The notes: generated from the letters alone by a model not told the origin. A DNA stretch of 63,481 nt, filler included, from Hyphochytrium catenoides (GCA_900088475.1; 11 parts of 11 records of this genome joined end to end with filler, not necessarily neighbours in it), one strand, 5' to 3'; positions 1 through 12,479 are shown, counted from the first letter of the whole stretch. A program made the numbers and translations.

Positions 1-45
1 GAACTGTGAGCCTTTTAGAGCTCTTGTCAGCTTCTGCTCTCAACA
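1..45 (-). repeat. 5' end of a copia LTR (family LTR-A), truncated by the window edge
   Basis: Exact reverse complement of the first 45 bp of the LTR at 7097 (TGTTGAGAGCAGAAGCTGACAAGAGCTC...). Confidence 0.9.
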
Positions 46-411
46 CTACCTCACTGCAGCGGCTCGGGCAGGATACGTCGCAGAGCGTGCGCGTAGCAGA
101 AAAGTTGCCCTTACGCTGAGGATTGTGAAGATCAAGGCTATGGTTTCCGGCCCTTGGCATGGGAGTCCTTTGGCGGAGCAACAGAGACAGTTCACTCGAC
201 CCTGAAAGAATGGCTTAGGGCTATCTCTGACCGGTGTGGGAGTGTGGGTCTTCCTCTATCATCTCTCACCGCCACCGCCTACAGGCGCATATCTGTCCTA
301 TTACAGCGTTGTAATGCAGAGATTGTCTTCCACCGCATGCCCCTATCTGCGCACATCGAGAATGTGGTCCTGCGTCAGCTTCCAGTTGCTGTTGCAGGAG
401 GTCTTCTGTAG
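46..411 (+). mobile_element. 3' fragment of a CRE-like (restriction-like endonuclease) non-LTR retrotransposon ORF
   Basis: Translation with one frameshift: ...YVAERARSRKVA../YAEDCEDQGYGFRPLAWESFGG...RRISVLLQRCNAEIV. This is the typical 'F.PLA.E.FGG ... RISV.LQR.NA' C-terminus of CRE-clade elements. Confidence 0.7.
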
Positions 412-520
412 TAGTAGTAGACAGAAGTGGTAAGTCTATGTTACCTACATAAAGTCTAGCAGCAGTAGTTCAAGTACTCCAATTATTAGGCTTCCCCAAC
501 TACTAAGTAAAATAAAGAAC

Positions 521-1324
521 GATTGGACTATACAGTACCGAACTCTGCCCCCTTTCGTGCAACAGATACACCCTTTGGCTTGTTTTGAGAATGAACTAAT
601 GAACCCAAAGACGAACAATATGCTTTTGAAGAATTGAATATTTGGTGATTACAAAAACTGACCAATCACAGAATTAACGACGTTTCCATTTGTTTTCAAA
701 GTCCTTTTGGCTTCTTTTCACCCCCCTTTCATGTTCCTATTTACGTAAGCACTTACAGTTATTCGAACCGAGAAAGCATATCTAAAATGGTGATTGGAAA
801 CAAATCATGAATTAACGTCACCCTCAGAATTTTGCTGGTCCGGGGGTACGATTTACTACCTGTGAGCAGACAGACAGACAGATACACAGACAGACAGACA
901 GACAGACAGACGCGGACGAACAAATCGGAAAAAAATTCTGCACCGCCTGACGCAAATGTTGGAGTCTGAGAGCACAGCTATGTGGACTACAAGCTGGCAA
1001 GCTTAACTACCCAAGTTTCAGCTCTAAACTCCCAGCAGAAGCCGAGATATGAAGCCAACGAAATGTCCGTGTTTATATCTATGGCTTATGGTCAGTACCC
1101 CGGAATACCTTCAGGACTGACTGTTCTAGACAGGGATTTCTCTATGAGTGAATATCTTAGGGTTTATTAGGAATAGTTGGCATAGTCAGAATAGCTCTAG
1201 ATTATGGGACCCCAGTTGGGCTTATAAGTCGAGCACTCTCATCTAATGACATTGTCCAATCATCCCATACTAATCCAACAGCAAAAACCTAAACAAAAAA
1301 GCTTCGCCCTTCGGGCTCGCCAAT
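521..1324 (-). mobile_element. Partial non-autonomous hairpin-ended element, family RC-A (Helentron/DINE-like), interrupted by a solo LTR
   Basis: Near-identical to 3391-3877. Contains a (CAGA)n microsatellite and ends GCTTCGCCCTTCGGGCTCGCCAAT. Strand is inferred from the GAA-loop hairpins. Confidence 0.7.
957..1280 (+). mobile_element. Solo LTR (family LTR-B) with 5-bp target-site duplication
   Basis: TGTTGG...CCAACA termini. GCAAA is duplicated at 952-956 and 1281-1285, and the uninterrupted site is seen in the paralogue near 3830-3845. Confidence 0.92.
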
Positions 1325-1354
1325 AATGTATGGGATTTTGAAGACACTCTTATC

Positions 1355-2063
1355 TATCAATAGCTTTAGGCTTCGCCTAGGGCTCGCCCGACGTTACTAG
1401 TGCGTAATCCAGCCTTCGGCTGCATTATTAGTGGAAGATGCTTGGATCACTGATTTAGTTGTACAAGTAACACCAGGAGCTCTCCATAATTTCTACATTG
1501 TTTTAGAACTCGAGAACTAGTTCTATCAGTAGTAGTTCCTAGAGGAGTAGGCACACCTTAAGGGATCTCACTACTCCTTCACCCAAGCATCCTACAGCAG
1601 AGTAATGAGTGAGTGTGAGTGAGTGAGTGAGCGGCGAAACATTCAGCGAAACTTTCTCAACTCTCGAATCCTGCAAGAGTCGCGTGACATGTCACCTTCA
1701 CCCTCAGCTCGTACAGCTATAAAAAACAGGATTGTAGGTGATGCGTCTGAGGTTACAACACAAATTCGCGTAGAAGCACGCGATGTGTCTCGGTTTATAG
1801 TGATACGTCTCGCGTTATGAATCCGATTTATGTTCATAGAAACCCTTTCGCTCCTCCTCTGACCCCTTTTCTATCTCCAAAGTACACAAGCAATGATTCA
1901 AACCCAAAGAAAAAGCCCAAACAGTGATTAGTAAAAATCCAAATAGTGAAATTTTGCTCACAGACAGATAGACAGACAGACACACAGACAACAACACAAA
2001 AAAGTCCATTTGTGCTGAAGCCCCTGTGGGTTGAAATTGAGGCTCACCCTTCGGGCTCGCAAT
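1355..2063 (-). mobile_element. Non-autonomous hairpin-ended element, family RC-C, inserted in an LTR-A remnant
   Basis: Starts TATCAATA..GGCTTCGCCTAGGGCTCGCCC..TAATCCAGCCTTCGGCTGCATTA, has a (CAGA)n tract near 1960-1990 and ends CCCTTCGGGCTCGCAAT. A second copy is at 21700. The flanks (1325-1354 and 2064-2075) rejoin as reverse-complement LTR-A. Confidence 0.75.
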
Positions 2064-2216
2064 AAAGTTATGTGGTGTAGTATGTAAGAAGAGTGAGTCA
2101 ATGGCTTTAGCTAAGTCTTCGCTTCGGCTGGCCAGGCCTCAGCTCCGACAAAGCTCTGCAGAGGAAGGCTTCTAAGGCGATTCTAAGGACTTTTCTCTTA
2201 GGTCAAATCTATTGAC

Positions 2217-2539
2217 TGTTGAATTATATGGGATGATTGGACAATGTCATCAGATGAGAGTGCTCGACTTATAAGCCCAACTGGGGTCCCATAATCTAGA
2301 GCTATTCTGACTATGCCAACTATTCCTAATAAACCCTAATATATTCAGTCATAGAGATATCCCTGTCTAGAACAGTCAGTCCTGAAGGTATTCCTGGATA
2401 CTGACCATAAGCCATAGATGTAAACAGGGACATTTCGTTTGCTTCATATCTCGGCTTCTACTGGGAGTTTAGAGCTGAAGCTTGGGTACTTAACCTTGCC
2501 AGCTTGTAGTCCACATAGCTGTGCCCTCAGACTCCAACA
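2217..2539 (-). mobile_element. LTR-B copy
   Basis: Reverse complement of 957-1280 with TG...CA ends. No TSD seen. Confidence 0.9.
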
Positions 2540-5500
2540 TCTCCCCGCAGCTCCAACTCGCTATTGTGAAGGGTCGAAGCTGAACATTCAACACTCACAT
2601 CACCGACCAACCGGACAGCCACTGTAACTCTTCAAAACGTCCTACATGCTCCTGGATTCACCAAAGATCTACTCTCAAATACCAAGAGCTTGATAAAGGT
2701 TACCACGTACTTTTTGCCCAAGATGGACAGGTCTATCAATACAGCAGGCAAGCCTGGCTGAGGGCTCGCCCTTTTAGATAGGGTTAATCCAGCCTTGACC
2801 GGCAGGATTATTTGTACGAGTACACCGGTACTTTACTTGTTCAAGCAGGATATTAGACCATACTTATTTATTAGCTTAGAGCATCTTTTAGAGACTATTA
2901 TTCGCAGCAAATTGAGGTTTGATGAATAATATCCGAGTATATTTGTTTTTATTTGGAATAGTAACCGGGTATATTTGTTTTATAACAATAGCCGGTAGGT
3001 CTAATAACAGCTATATCAACAATACAGCAGGCAAGCCTGAGGGCTCGCCATTTTAGATAGGGGTAATCCAGCCTTGACCGGCAGGATTATTGTACGAGTA
3101 CACCGTACTTTACTTGCTCAAGCAGGATTAGATCATAGTACTCCGTTATTATTAGCATCTTACCAAATTGAGATTTGATGAATAATAACCGAGTATATTT
3201 GTTTTTTATTTGGAATAGTAACCGGGTAAATTTGTTTTATAACAATAGCCGGTAGGTCTAATAACAGCTATATAAATACAACTACCACAGGGAGGAGTTG
3301 GAGTGGATTTGGTTCCTCAGTTATAGTAATGGGGATAGGGAAAAGCGGAACAACGACTACAGAGTACAGTGTCAAAAAGAGCTACAGTAAGATTGGACTA
3401 TACAGTACCGAAACCTGTCCCCTTTCGTGCAACATATTCACCCTTTGGCATGTTTTGAGAATGAACTAATGAACCCAAGACGAACAATATGCTTTCGATG
3501 AATTGATTATTTGGTGATTACAAAAACTGACCAATCACAGAATTAACAACGTTTGCATTTGTTTTCAAAGTCCTTTTGGCTTCTTTTCACCCCCCTTTCA
3601 TGTTCCTATTTACGTAAGCACTTACGTTTATTCGAACGGAGAATGCTTATCAAAATGGTGATTGGAAACAAATCATGAATTAGCGTCAACCTCAGAATTG
3701 TGCTGGTCCGGGGGTACGATTTACTACCTGTGAACAGACAGCAGACAGACAGATACACAGACAGACAGACAGACAGACAGACAGAGAGACAGACGCGGAC
3801 GAACAAATCGGAAAAAAATCTGCACCGCCTGACGCAAAAACCTAAACAAAAAAGCTTCGCCCTTCGGGCTCGCCAATTATCTACCGCCTAAGAAACCTCT
3901 ATCTCAGCTGCTTTCTGTCGCACCAACCAGTACCCTTGGCGAACACATTGGGAATCTCTTTTACGTGACGGGCTCTACCTTAACGGACTGTACTCCAGCA
4001 AGCAGTTCTCCCAGCGCCTACACCACCTTTCAATACTGAGGCAATAGACTCTTCTGCTTCCGCTCTCAGTCCCCAATCAGTCACCATCTGGCATCGCAGA
4101 TTGGGACATCTAAACATTCCAGATGTACGGAAGTTGGCAACGGTTTCTTCAGGCATGAAGATCATCAACGATACAACGTCTCTCTGTTCGGGTTGTGTCT
4201 TGGGAAACTGACCCGCAGTAAGTTCCTAAACAATCACACCGTCGTAAAACACAACGCCCCCTTCGACTCGTCCACTCCGATGTTGGCATTGTCAATACAC
4301 TTAGCCTTGGCGGTCATCGTTACTATGTGGTTTTCGTCGATAACTATACTCGTCGAGTTTTTCTGTATCTCATGAAGAATAAGAGTGAGGTCATCACTCA
4401 CCTTGACACCTTCATCAAGATGGCTGAGCGCCAAACTGGAGTTAAAGTTCAACGTATTCGGAGCGACCGAGGTCGTGGCGAATACTGCTCAGAGGCTATG
4501 AAGGAGTATTGGAAGACACGTGGCATTCTACATGAGCTTACGGCTCCATAATACAGTTCAGCGCAGAATGGAGTTGCCGAGCGACGCCAGAGGATTCTTG
4601 TGGAGTCTGCCGGGTTCATGCTACATGCTGCCAAGCTACCGCCCTCCTTTTGGAGTGAAGCTTTGTTAACGGCTGCACACGTAGGTAATCTCTCCCCAGC
4701 AAGCGCCTTACATGGAGCAACTCCCTATGAAAAATGATTCAATGCCAAAACGGACGGTAGTCATCTCCGTGTCTTTAGTTTTCTTGCCTATTCACTCCTA
4801 CCGGACTCGAAGAGGCAGAAAATGGACCCCAGGTCAAAGCCTTACATATTCGTTGGTTACCCAGACAACTCAAAGGCCTATCGACTTTATGACAGAGAGA
4901 GTGGTACCATCATTGAGCGTAGGGATGTTGTGTTCGCTGAAGGGGAATTTGGTTCGCTACTTCAAACCTCGCCTCAGCTGCGTGACTCTGTACTCCATCT
5001 CTTTGATGTACTTAGCGAGGAAGACAGCTCTCTCCCCAACAATCCGACTCGTAAAGGGGATTCTGATCAACATATGTCCATCCAAGTGCCTCCCCCCACC
5101 GAATACCTAGTCAAACAACCCGATACTGCTGCCCGCACCTTGCCACCAACCCCTGAACCAGCAGACACAATATGCGATACCGACAACTCAGCTTCGATAG
5201 ATCCGTGTTCACCTCCCGATGACCGTTGCGAAAACCTGCGCGTTTGCCCAGACAGGCTACAACAACCCCTTGTCCAAAACCCCAGCACGAGCAACTGGTT
5301 CCCCACAAGAAGTACCTCCCTCCCGCATTCCGCTTTTCAAACGCCGACTTCAACAAGAAGACTCTATTTTCTCCATGGCTAATCACCTTGGCAACTCCCT
5401 ATCACCCAATGAACCCCGAACGATAGAGGAGGCTCTTTCTGGACCGGATGCGTCGGAGTTGGAACGCCGCTATCCTCAGTGAAATGGCATCTATGGAACA

Positions 5501-7096
5501 ACACGACGTTTGGGAACTGTTTGAACGTCCTCCAGGAGCAAACGTCATTGGGTGTAAATGGGTGTTTCGCGTAAAATATGGAAGTGATGGCACCATCGGT
5601 CGCTATAAGACACGACTCGTTGCTCAAGGCTACAATCAGAAACAGGGGATCGATTACAACGAGGTCTTCGCTCCATTGGTCAGCTATGAGTCCGTCCGCG
5701 GTATCCTCTCTTTAGCTGCGATGTATGACTTTGAGATTCATCATCTGGATATTTTTTGTACTGCCTTTTTCCATGAGATCTTGAGGAGACCATAATATAC
5801 ATGCGCCAACCCCCGGCATTCGGTCAACCAGGACAGGAACATCTGGTTTGTAAGCTAAAGCGCAGCATTTTATGGGCTCAAACAAAGTCCTCGCCAGTGG
5901 AACAAAGTATTAGACAGTTATCTTCGCGACAACGGATTTGAACCCAGCTTGTGTGAACCTTGCGTCTACATCAACAGGTCCGGGGAGGATGGCAAGCCGA
6001 CCATCGTGTCGACTTTTGTAGACGACCTGCTGATCTTTGCGCCAAGCAACAATCGTGCGGATCAAGTTAAAGGACTTCTAAAGGACAGATTTGATGTGAA
6101 GGACTTAGGAGAACTCCAATACTTCCTAGGAGTAGATATTATTAGGGATCGAAAAGAATCGGAAGGTTTACCTTCGCCAACGAAGATTTATTCAAGACCT
6201 CCTGAAGCGTTATGGCATGGAAGAAGATTGTAACCCAATCATCACGCCTGTTACTCCTTGTGAAAAGCTACCCAAGGCAGACTCTCTCTCTACATTGACT
6301 TCTGAAGAGGAGCAAAATTTACTCAAGATACCGTACAGGAAGGCTGTTGGCAGTCTTACGCATCTGATGGTAGCCTCCAGGCCGGATATAGCCTTCGCGG
6401 TACAACCGGTTAGCCAGCATATGACTAACTATAGACAGACTCACTGGACCGCTGTGAAGCGGATACTGAGATATCCGAAAGGGACTGCAGACCACTCTTA
6501 TGTCTAGGAGGAGAAGCAACCCCAGACATCATCAATCAGAGTCCAAGACTACAACTCTTTCCAGATGCAGACTGGGCGAATGATCCTATGGACAACAGGA
6601 AATCCATCTCAGGCTACTTTCTTACACTGGGGACTGGTGCTTTCAGTTGGAAGGCTAAGAAGCAAGACATAGTGGCTTCTTCAACCACTGAAGCTGAGTG
6701 CATCTCACTGTGGACCGGAGCCAAACATGTAGAACACATCTCTTTTTTCTTACAGGGAGCTTCAGTATCCACTGAGTAGACCCATCCTCGCACATCAAGA
6801 CAACAAGAGCACAATAACAGTCTGCGAGATGCCGAGACCAAATCGAAATATATTAATGTCAAACACTGTGTGGTTAGCGACCAGGTAAATCGCAAAGTTT
6901 TGGAATTGCAACACTGTCCAGCCAAGAAGATGACTGCCGACATTCTCACGAAGGCGTTACCGACACCTCAATTCCGAGAACTTCTTCCGCAGCTCGGGAT
7001 TGTCCCGTCCACATCCGTCGTAAGAAAAAGTCTACTTTCCGGGGAGGACAAGGCGAAGACCGACGGACACTCGGGAAGTCTGGACCTGCGGGGAGG
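2540..7096 (+). mobile_element. Degenerate Ty1/copia pol (protease end, integrase, RT, RNase H), interrupted by RC-A at 2734-3877
   Basis: Motifs occur in copia order: VTLQNVLHAPG, WHRRLGH, RIRSDRG-GEY, QNGVAER, KWVFRVK..YKTRLVAQGY, FVDDLL, RPDIAFAV, DADWA..RKSISG, SSTTEAE, ADILTK. Many frameshifts and stops. Polypurine tract GGGGAGG lies just before 7097. Confidence 0.95.
2734..3877 (-). mobile_element. Full-length RC-A hairpin-ended element with a tandemly duplicated ~270-bp end
   Basis: Absent from the paralogous copia site (near 26770-26795, GGTTTCTTATCTACCGCC). 2734-3013 is repeated at 3014-3270. Has a (CAGA)n tract and the same termini as RC-C. Confidence 0.8.
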
Positions 7097-7357
7097 TGTT
7101 GAGAGCAGAAGCTGACAAGAGCTCTAAAAGGCTCACAGTTCCAGACTCTATCTGACAAGAGGAAGAAGACACAAAACAAAGTGTTTCAGAGCTATGATAA
7201 TCAATATATAGCTTAGGGACACAATTACTCTCCAGAACAACTAGACAACGTGATAACTAGGAAACAGGGTCCCATAAGCTCTTCATACTCACTTCGAGCA
7301 TATCAGTAGACCACATAATCTAAATAAGAGTGTCTTCAAGTCCCATACATTATAACA
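7097..7357 (+). mobile_element. 3' LTR (LTR-A) of the copia element
   Basis: Follows the PPT and has TGTT...AACA termini. Its ends match copies at 1-45, 9464-9509 and 21585. Confidence 0.88.
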
Positions 7358-8010
7358 GAAACTAGGGGAATCAGTTTGTTGATCGTCTTCTGATCATTCT
7401 CTTTCCAGTTCTTCTTGCTTGTCTCTGTGAAATCCTTACTGGTGAGCGGGTCTTTGCCATCAGCCAGCAGAGTCTGACTCTCATCCTCGATGTGAAGGAG
7501 TAGGTCTAACTCATCCAGGTAACTTCGTACTACCCGGCTTGACCAGATAGCATACTGGTCCTTGCTGTGTAGAACAGCGATGTTGTGCGGATGCCTTCCT
7601 TTGATGTCATTGTCTGCGACAGGATCGTCACTCTAGCAACTCAAGTGAGAAGAGGAGAAGCAACAGCCACGACCAACAACTGCGAGTGTGGGCCAAACAT
7701 AAGCTGATGAAGTTTACAGAGCTGGATGGGAATGCCTGAAGCTTCTATATGAGCACAATCTAGATGAAATGATAACACTGGGTATTGATGATCTATGATT
7801 GAGAATTCTCTGAATGACTGAGCCATGAGTCTCTCTGGTCTGCTCTCAAGATCTTTTGCTCGGCCCAGCTTCCCTCATCTTCTCTCTCCTGTGCTCCAGA
7901 TTTCTTCTGGAAATCTTCTCACATCTCTCTTTTCCCATTGTCCGTGAGAGCTAAGTGTGTATAGGGAGTGACTACTGTACTACTGACAACGAACATTGTA
8001 GCACTCAACA
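7358..8010 (-). mobile_element. 5' part of another copia element: LTR-D (7705-8010), PBS-like site and gag N-terminus
   Basis: On the minus strand, TGTTGAGTG...TCATCA is followed by GCTTATGTTTGGCCC (degenerate copia GGTTATGGGCCC PBS). A gag-like stretch follows: KDQYAIWSSRVVRSYLDELDLL...NWKENDQKTINKLIPLV. The LTR start is related to 26188 and 26553. Confidence 0.7.
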
Positions 8011-8551
8011 GGAAGAAGTGGACTCTGATGTTAACTATGGCTTATTACTAGAAGAGAACAGGTCCTCTCTATTAGGAATACATCTCAGCAGCATTCATGT
8101 TGGATTATATGGGATGATTGGACAATGTCATTAGATGAGAGTGCTCGACTTATAAGCCCAACTGGGGTCCCATAATCTAGAGCTATTCTGACTATGCCAA
8201 CTATTCCTAATAAACGCTAAGATATTCAGTCATAGAAAAATCCCTGCCTAGAACAGTCAGTCTTGAAGGTATTCCGGGGTACTGACCATAAGCCATAGAT
8301 ATAAACAGGGACATTTCGTTGGCTTCATATCTCGGCTTCTACTGGGAGTTTGGAGCTGAAACTTGGGTACTTAAGCTTGCCAGCTTGTAGTCCACATAGC
8401 TGTGCCCTCAGACTCCAACATTCAGTATCCTAAATCCAATAGGTCCCACAATCTAGAGACTATCCTTTCTGGCTTATAAGCCGAGCAAGAACTCATTATA
8501 TTATAATTGTCTCAGTTCACAAAGTTCCTCGTATCCCACAAGTGGTAGCGG
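8011..8551 (+). mobile_element. Partial 5' LTR (LTR-E) ending ATCCCACA plus a tRNA-iMet-type primer binding site, interrupted by LTR-B
   Basis: CA end at 8540 is followed after 2 nt by TGGTAGCGG, which resembles the TGGTAGC initiator-Met PBS. Confidence 0.55.
8098..8420 (-). mobile_element. Solo LTR-B copy
   Basis: Reverse complement of 957-1280, flanked by TTCA on both sides. Confidence 0.9.
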
Positions 8552-8705
8552 CTAACGCTAAGGATATTCTTCCCTGATGTGAACGCCAAAACATCCTCTT
8601 TTACCTTCTTCTTCCGTGACAACGAGGCCTTTTTTCTGCTAGTGAATCGCGATGCCTGTTATTAGTGAGAGCTAACAAACAGGCACGCGGTCAGATAGTA
8701 GAAGA

Positions 8706-9462
8706 ATGCCAACAGTCAGGAGAGGAAACACCAATCAGCAGCAGCGGCCTTTGAGCACGAGACAGCTACCCCGAGACCAGACAGTAATGCAATCCCGTGG
8801 AGCAGTGAACCCTCCACGAAGTTGCGATGGGGATGATTGCGTGATTCCTCTAGCAGCGGAAGGACATCTGAGGCTTTCCACAGTAAACATCTGTGGAGGG
8901 TTCAAAGATGGTACTAGTGAGGGAAGGATTACTGACCTAATCTATTTCATGAAGGCACACCAAGTCGATCTCCTAGGCTTCACAGAACATAGACTCACAA
9001 AGGCAGCACCCGGAACCGTACGAGTGGCGGAGCAGTTGGCAGAGGAGAACGGATATGGGCTAACGTGGGCGATACCGGAGCATTCTCAGGAGTGGGCCTT
9101 TTGGTAAAGAAACCATGGTCCCGTTTCATCAGAGACAGCAAAGAGGCAGCAAGTGGCAGACTATTGGCGGTTACCTTTAAGCCGAACCCTAGAGAGAAGG
9201 AGTTCGAATAATAGTGGCATACGGAGCAGCAAGTGCTGCCACTGCAGCAGTGGCATCCACCCAGAGAGGGAAAGGCAACGTAGACGTCAGACAAAGAGCA
9301 GAGTTGGCGGCGGAAATGAGAATCCAATGCCAACTTGCCCATGAGAGAGGTATGGAGACCCTGATCCTAGCTGATACTAACAGCGTATGCACACCCCTAG
9401 ACAGACTATCGGGCCGGCTGAACAATGGAGACACACACCATGAATCGGTGCAAGCGTCCTAA
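8706..9462 (+). mobile_element. APE/EEP endonuclease domain of a LINE-type non-LTR retrotransposon, frameshifted and truncated
   Basis: EEP motifs LRLSTVNICG, VDLLGFTEHR, GVGLLVKK, VAYG and LILADTNS. Cut by LTR-A at 9464. Confidence 0.75.
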
Positions 9463-9463
9463 G

Positions 9464-9509
9464 TGTTATAATGTATGGGATTTGAAGACACTCTTATTTA
9501 GGTTATGTG
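9464..9509 (-). repeat. 3' end of LTR-A, running into the gap
   Basis: Reverse complement (two mismatches) of 7312-7357. Confidence 0.85.
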
Positions 9510-9609
9510 NNNNNNNNNNNNNNNNNNNNNNNNNNNNNNNNNNNNNNNNNNNNTTAATTAATTAANNNNNNNNNNNNNNNNNNNNNNNNNNNNNNNNNNN
9601 NNNNNNNNN
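9510..9609. other. Artificial contig-joining spacer (N44-TTAATTAATTAA-N44), first of ten
   Basis: The identical six-frame-stop 12-mer occurs at 9554, 13662, 20129, 29368, 32558, 34300, 52929, 55583, 57969 and 60223, always centred in N runs. Confidence 0.97.
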
Positions 9610-12479
9610 GAGAAACCCGTAGGAAAGGAAGGTAAGCCCTGGGAGGAGTGACAAACACCACCGAAAAGACAAGGCGAACAACTACTCATACACCATCAAA
9701 GGATGGAGACAGAGAGAGTGTGACTTACGTTAGCTCTCTGCAGATCGACTGGCAGCCTTTAACGTGACTGCTTGTTCCCTTAATTGCGTCTAAACGCTGC
9801 CGAAGATCTACGGGAAGACCGCTTGCGACACGGAGGAGAACGGCGAGTTCTATAGCATTCTTAGCTATTCTTCTTCCTTATCGCCAGCTCTCTCCTCACC
9901 TGTAGGATGCGCTCTCTCCTTGCTACCTTCAGTCTCATCAGCAAGCAGGCCAGTCAGGCAGTGCTTCTCGCTCTGACGGCAGAAGACGTAACCGATGCCG
10001 CGGCCCACAGACGGCTTCCCCATCTCTTGATCTCTTGCCCTCACCATCTCGTTTTGTCTCTTTCTCGTTGGTAAATTCTCTCTCTCACTTCTGTTCCCTG
10101 TTGTTGCCGAGGTATTTACACCTCTCTGTCTCTGACTTCCAGTCTCTCACTTACCAGTCTGTGTCTCTTCCTCTGGTGCTTTCTCCCAATAATTCTGCAC
10201 AACACTCAAATTCTGTCTTTTGCCGCCAAAAAGGTTTGGAATAGAGAACGTTTTATCAGCGATATTCCTAATGCTACCAGAAATTATGCCCAACTGTGCT
10301 GATGGGAAAGGTCAACATCACGGAGCAAGAGGAAAGTTCCGAGCAGAGAGAGAGAGAGAGAGAGAGAGACTGGGGAGAGAGAGAGAGAGAGAGACGGGAA
10401 AGTGAAAGAGAGAGAAACAGAAAAAGAAGAAGAGAGGTGAAGAGAGAGAGACACGCACACACAGAGGACAGGAACAAGCAAAGAGAAGGCGACACAACTA
10501 TCGGCGGAGACAAGCATTAAAGTGCTCCCGGAAGAGGTCATAAAGAGACTTTTACGTTGGCCTTGTCCCTCACCGACCCTCACTGATCCTTCCGCCATGG
10601 ACTCTTCCCGGCCTGTCCGTAGAGGAGTACGAACCGACGTCAATGACAAGGGGCAGGGAGAGTACCCTTCTGTGAGGGATCGGCTGGTGTCAAGCAGCGA
10701 TGAAGAGATAGAGCCAAAGAAGAGATCCAGACAAAGGGAGAGAAGTGTTCGAGGTAAGCTTGTGAGCAAAAGCTTCATGACTAGCAACGTTCGAGCTGGG
10801 TGTCTGCGGACAGCTCCCCGAACGGGCGCTTCGATGGGAAGTCGAGCATGACGGGATGACGTAGATGAACGCGGGATAGAGAGAGAACTGAAAGGAAAGA
10901 AAAAAAAAAAGACAGAGAGGGACAGGCTCCAAATGCAATTTGGGACGCGGGAGAGGTGGTAGAAGTGCTGAGGATGATATGACTTTTAAGAAGTCCAATC
11001 TCAGGATGGCTTGCATCCATTGACTAGGGTCGCCAACACCAAAAGACAAGGCCGAAGGATCCTGGTCCGCCTTTTTTGCACTTCTCGTTCTGCTCGTGGC
11101 GGGTGGTGTCGCAATCTACTATGGGCTCGGAGGGCAAACCACGATCAATGAAGAAGAAAAGGTAGAATGCTCTCCTCAGGCTCTTGGTCACCTCTCGCGC
11201 TTACGCTCTGGCCTACATCTCTCTCAGCTACTCAACAGACAGGATGGCATTTTGCCATCGAGGGAACACCTCCTAAGTACAGGTGAGCGCATCGCCCACT
11301 TGTCACCATAACCCTTGATGTATAACAATGAAAGGATTATGTAGTGCTATACTTCTCACTTTAGTTCTGCATCAAGCGCGACTCACCTTTTGCGTCAGTG
11401 ACGACCATACGCTTGGCAACTGGGCCAATACGGGTTCAAGTTAACCCGAGCGTGGGACAAGAGGGTCATACTACTTTGCCTGAAGAGTTCTATAGAAGCA
11501 CAATATATGGCATATCCGCTGGACCGAGAAGCAATCTATCTGAGGTCATAAGGAATCACTCCCTATCAAGCTTTTACGTCAGTGTCGCATCACTTTCTGG
11601 CCTAGTGTCTTGGCTAACCCTTCTCTAGCGTCAAAGCCTTCTTCAGTCCCTCCTTCCCTGCACATCTCTAACTCCAACCTCTTCTGGCCCTATTATTGTT
11701 GCAGACCACCCAGGCTTATCCTTCCCCTATCGACAACCTGAGATCAGCTATTGCTAAGCTTCAACTCTCACGGCCATACTCACACCTCCTTTCCTGGTAG
11801 GCGGCACATAGGATCCGCGTATCTGAAAACCACTCAGTAGTACCTTCCCTCCTTTATCAGACCTACCATACACATTATCATCTATCGTTCATTCCCTTGC
11901 TACTTTAATCTTTCTTCCATTTAAACCTCATACGTCATGTCTTAGCGATTTTGAAATGGCGTCGGGTGGCATGGAAGAGGGGCTTTGCATACAGTTTAAA
12001 TCCAGTCACCTTCCTGATGACGTGGAAGTGGCCATTAAGTTCATGGCCCGAAAACAGCAGAGGGTAAGAGGAACTCTTCTACTTTGTCCTACCTATGGGT
12101 AATTTGATGTCTTGCTCTCAAATCATTTGCTTGTCTTCTCATCTATTGGCTTCACGTGCTTCCTATCCTTTCCTGGTCCTTGTCTGGTTAGAGCTTGCCA
12201 TTCCATTCTCAGCCAGATGGTGCAGCTATTTATCTGGAAATGGAGCCCTCATCACTGGGGGCGTGACCGGTCGCAGCACACCAGTATTTTACAGAGTACA
12301 ATCCCCACGAAGCCTGGATATCAGAGTCTCCGCAGTCATGGACCTGCCTATACTGCACAATAACGTGGTAGCAAGCCTAAGGAGAGTGCGAAGAGGGTTC
12401 AAGAGCAGAGAGTCCGCTACCGAGGGTTACAGTTGAGGATCATCGTCCCTGGATGCAAGTTAGACTCGGTGGCCAAGTA

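Noticed and set aside
9610-12440. Protein-coding gene(s) in contig 2 before trmL
   Set aside because: One possible exon (~9730-9865, minus) was seen, but no consistent spliced model or recognisable domain could be built.
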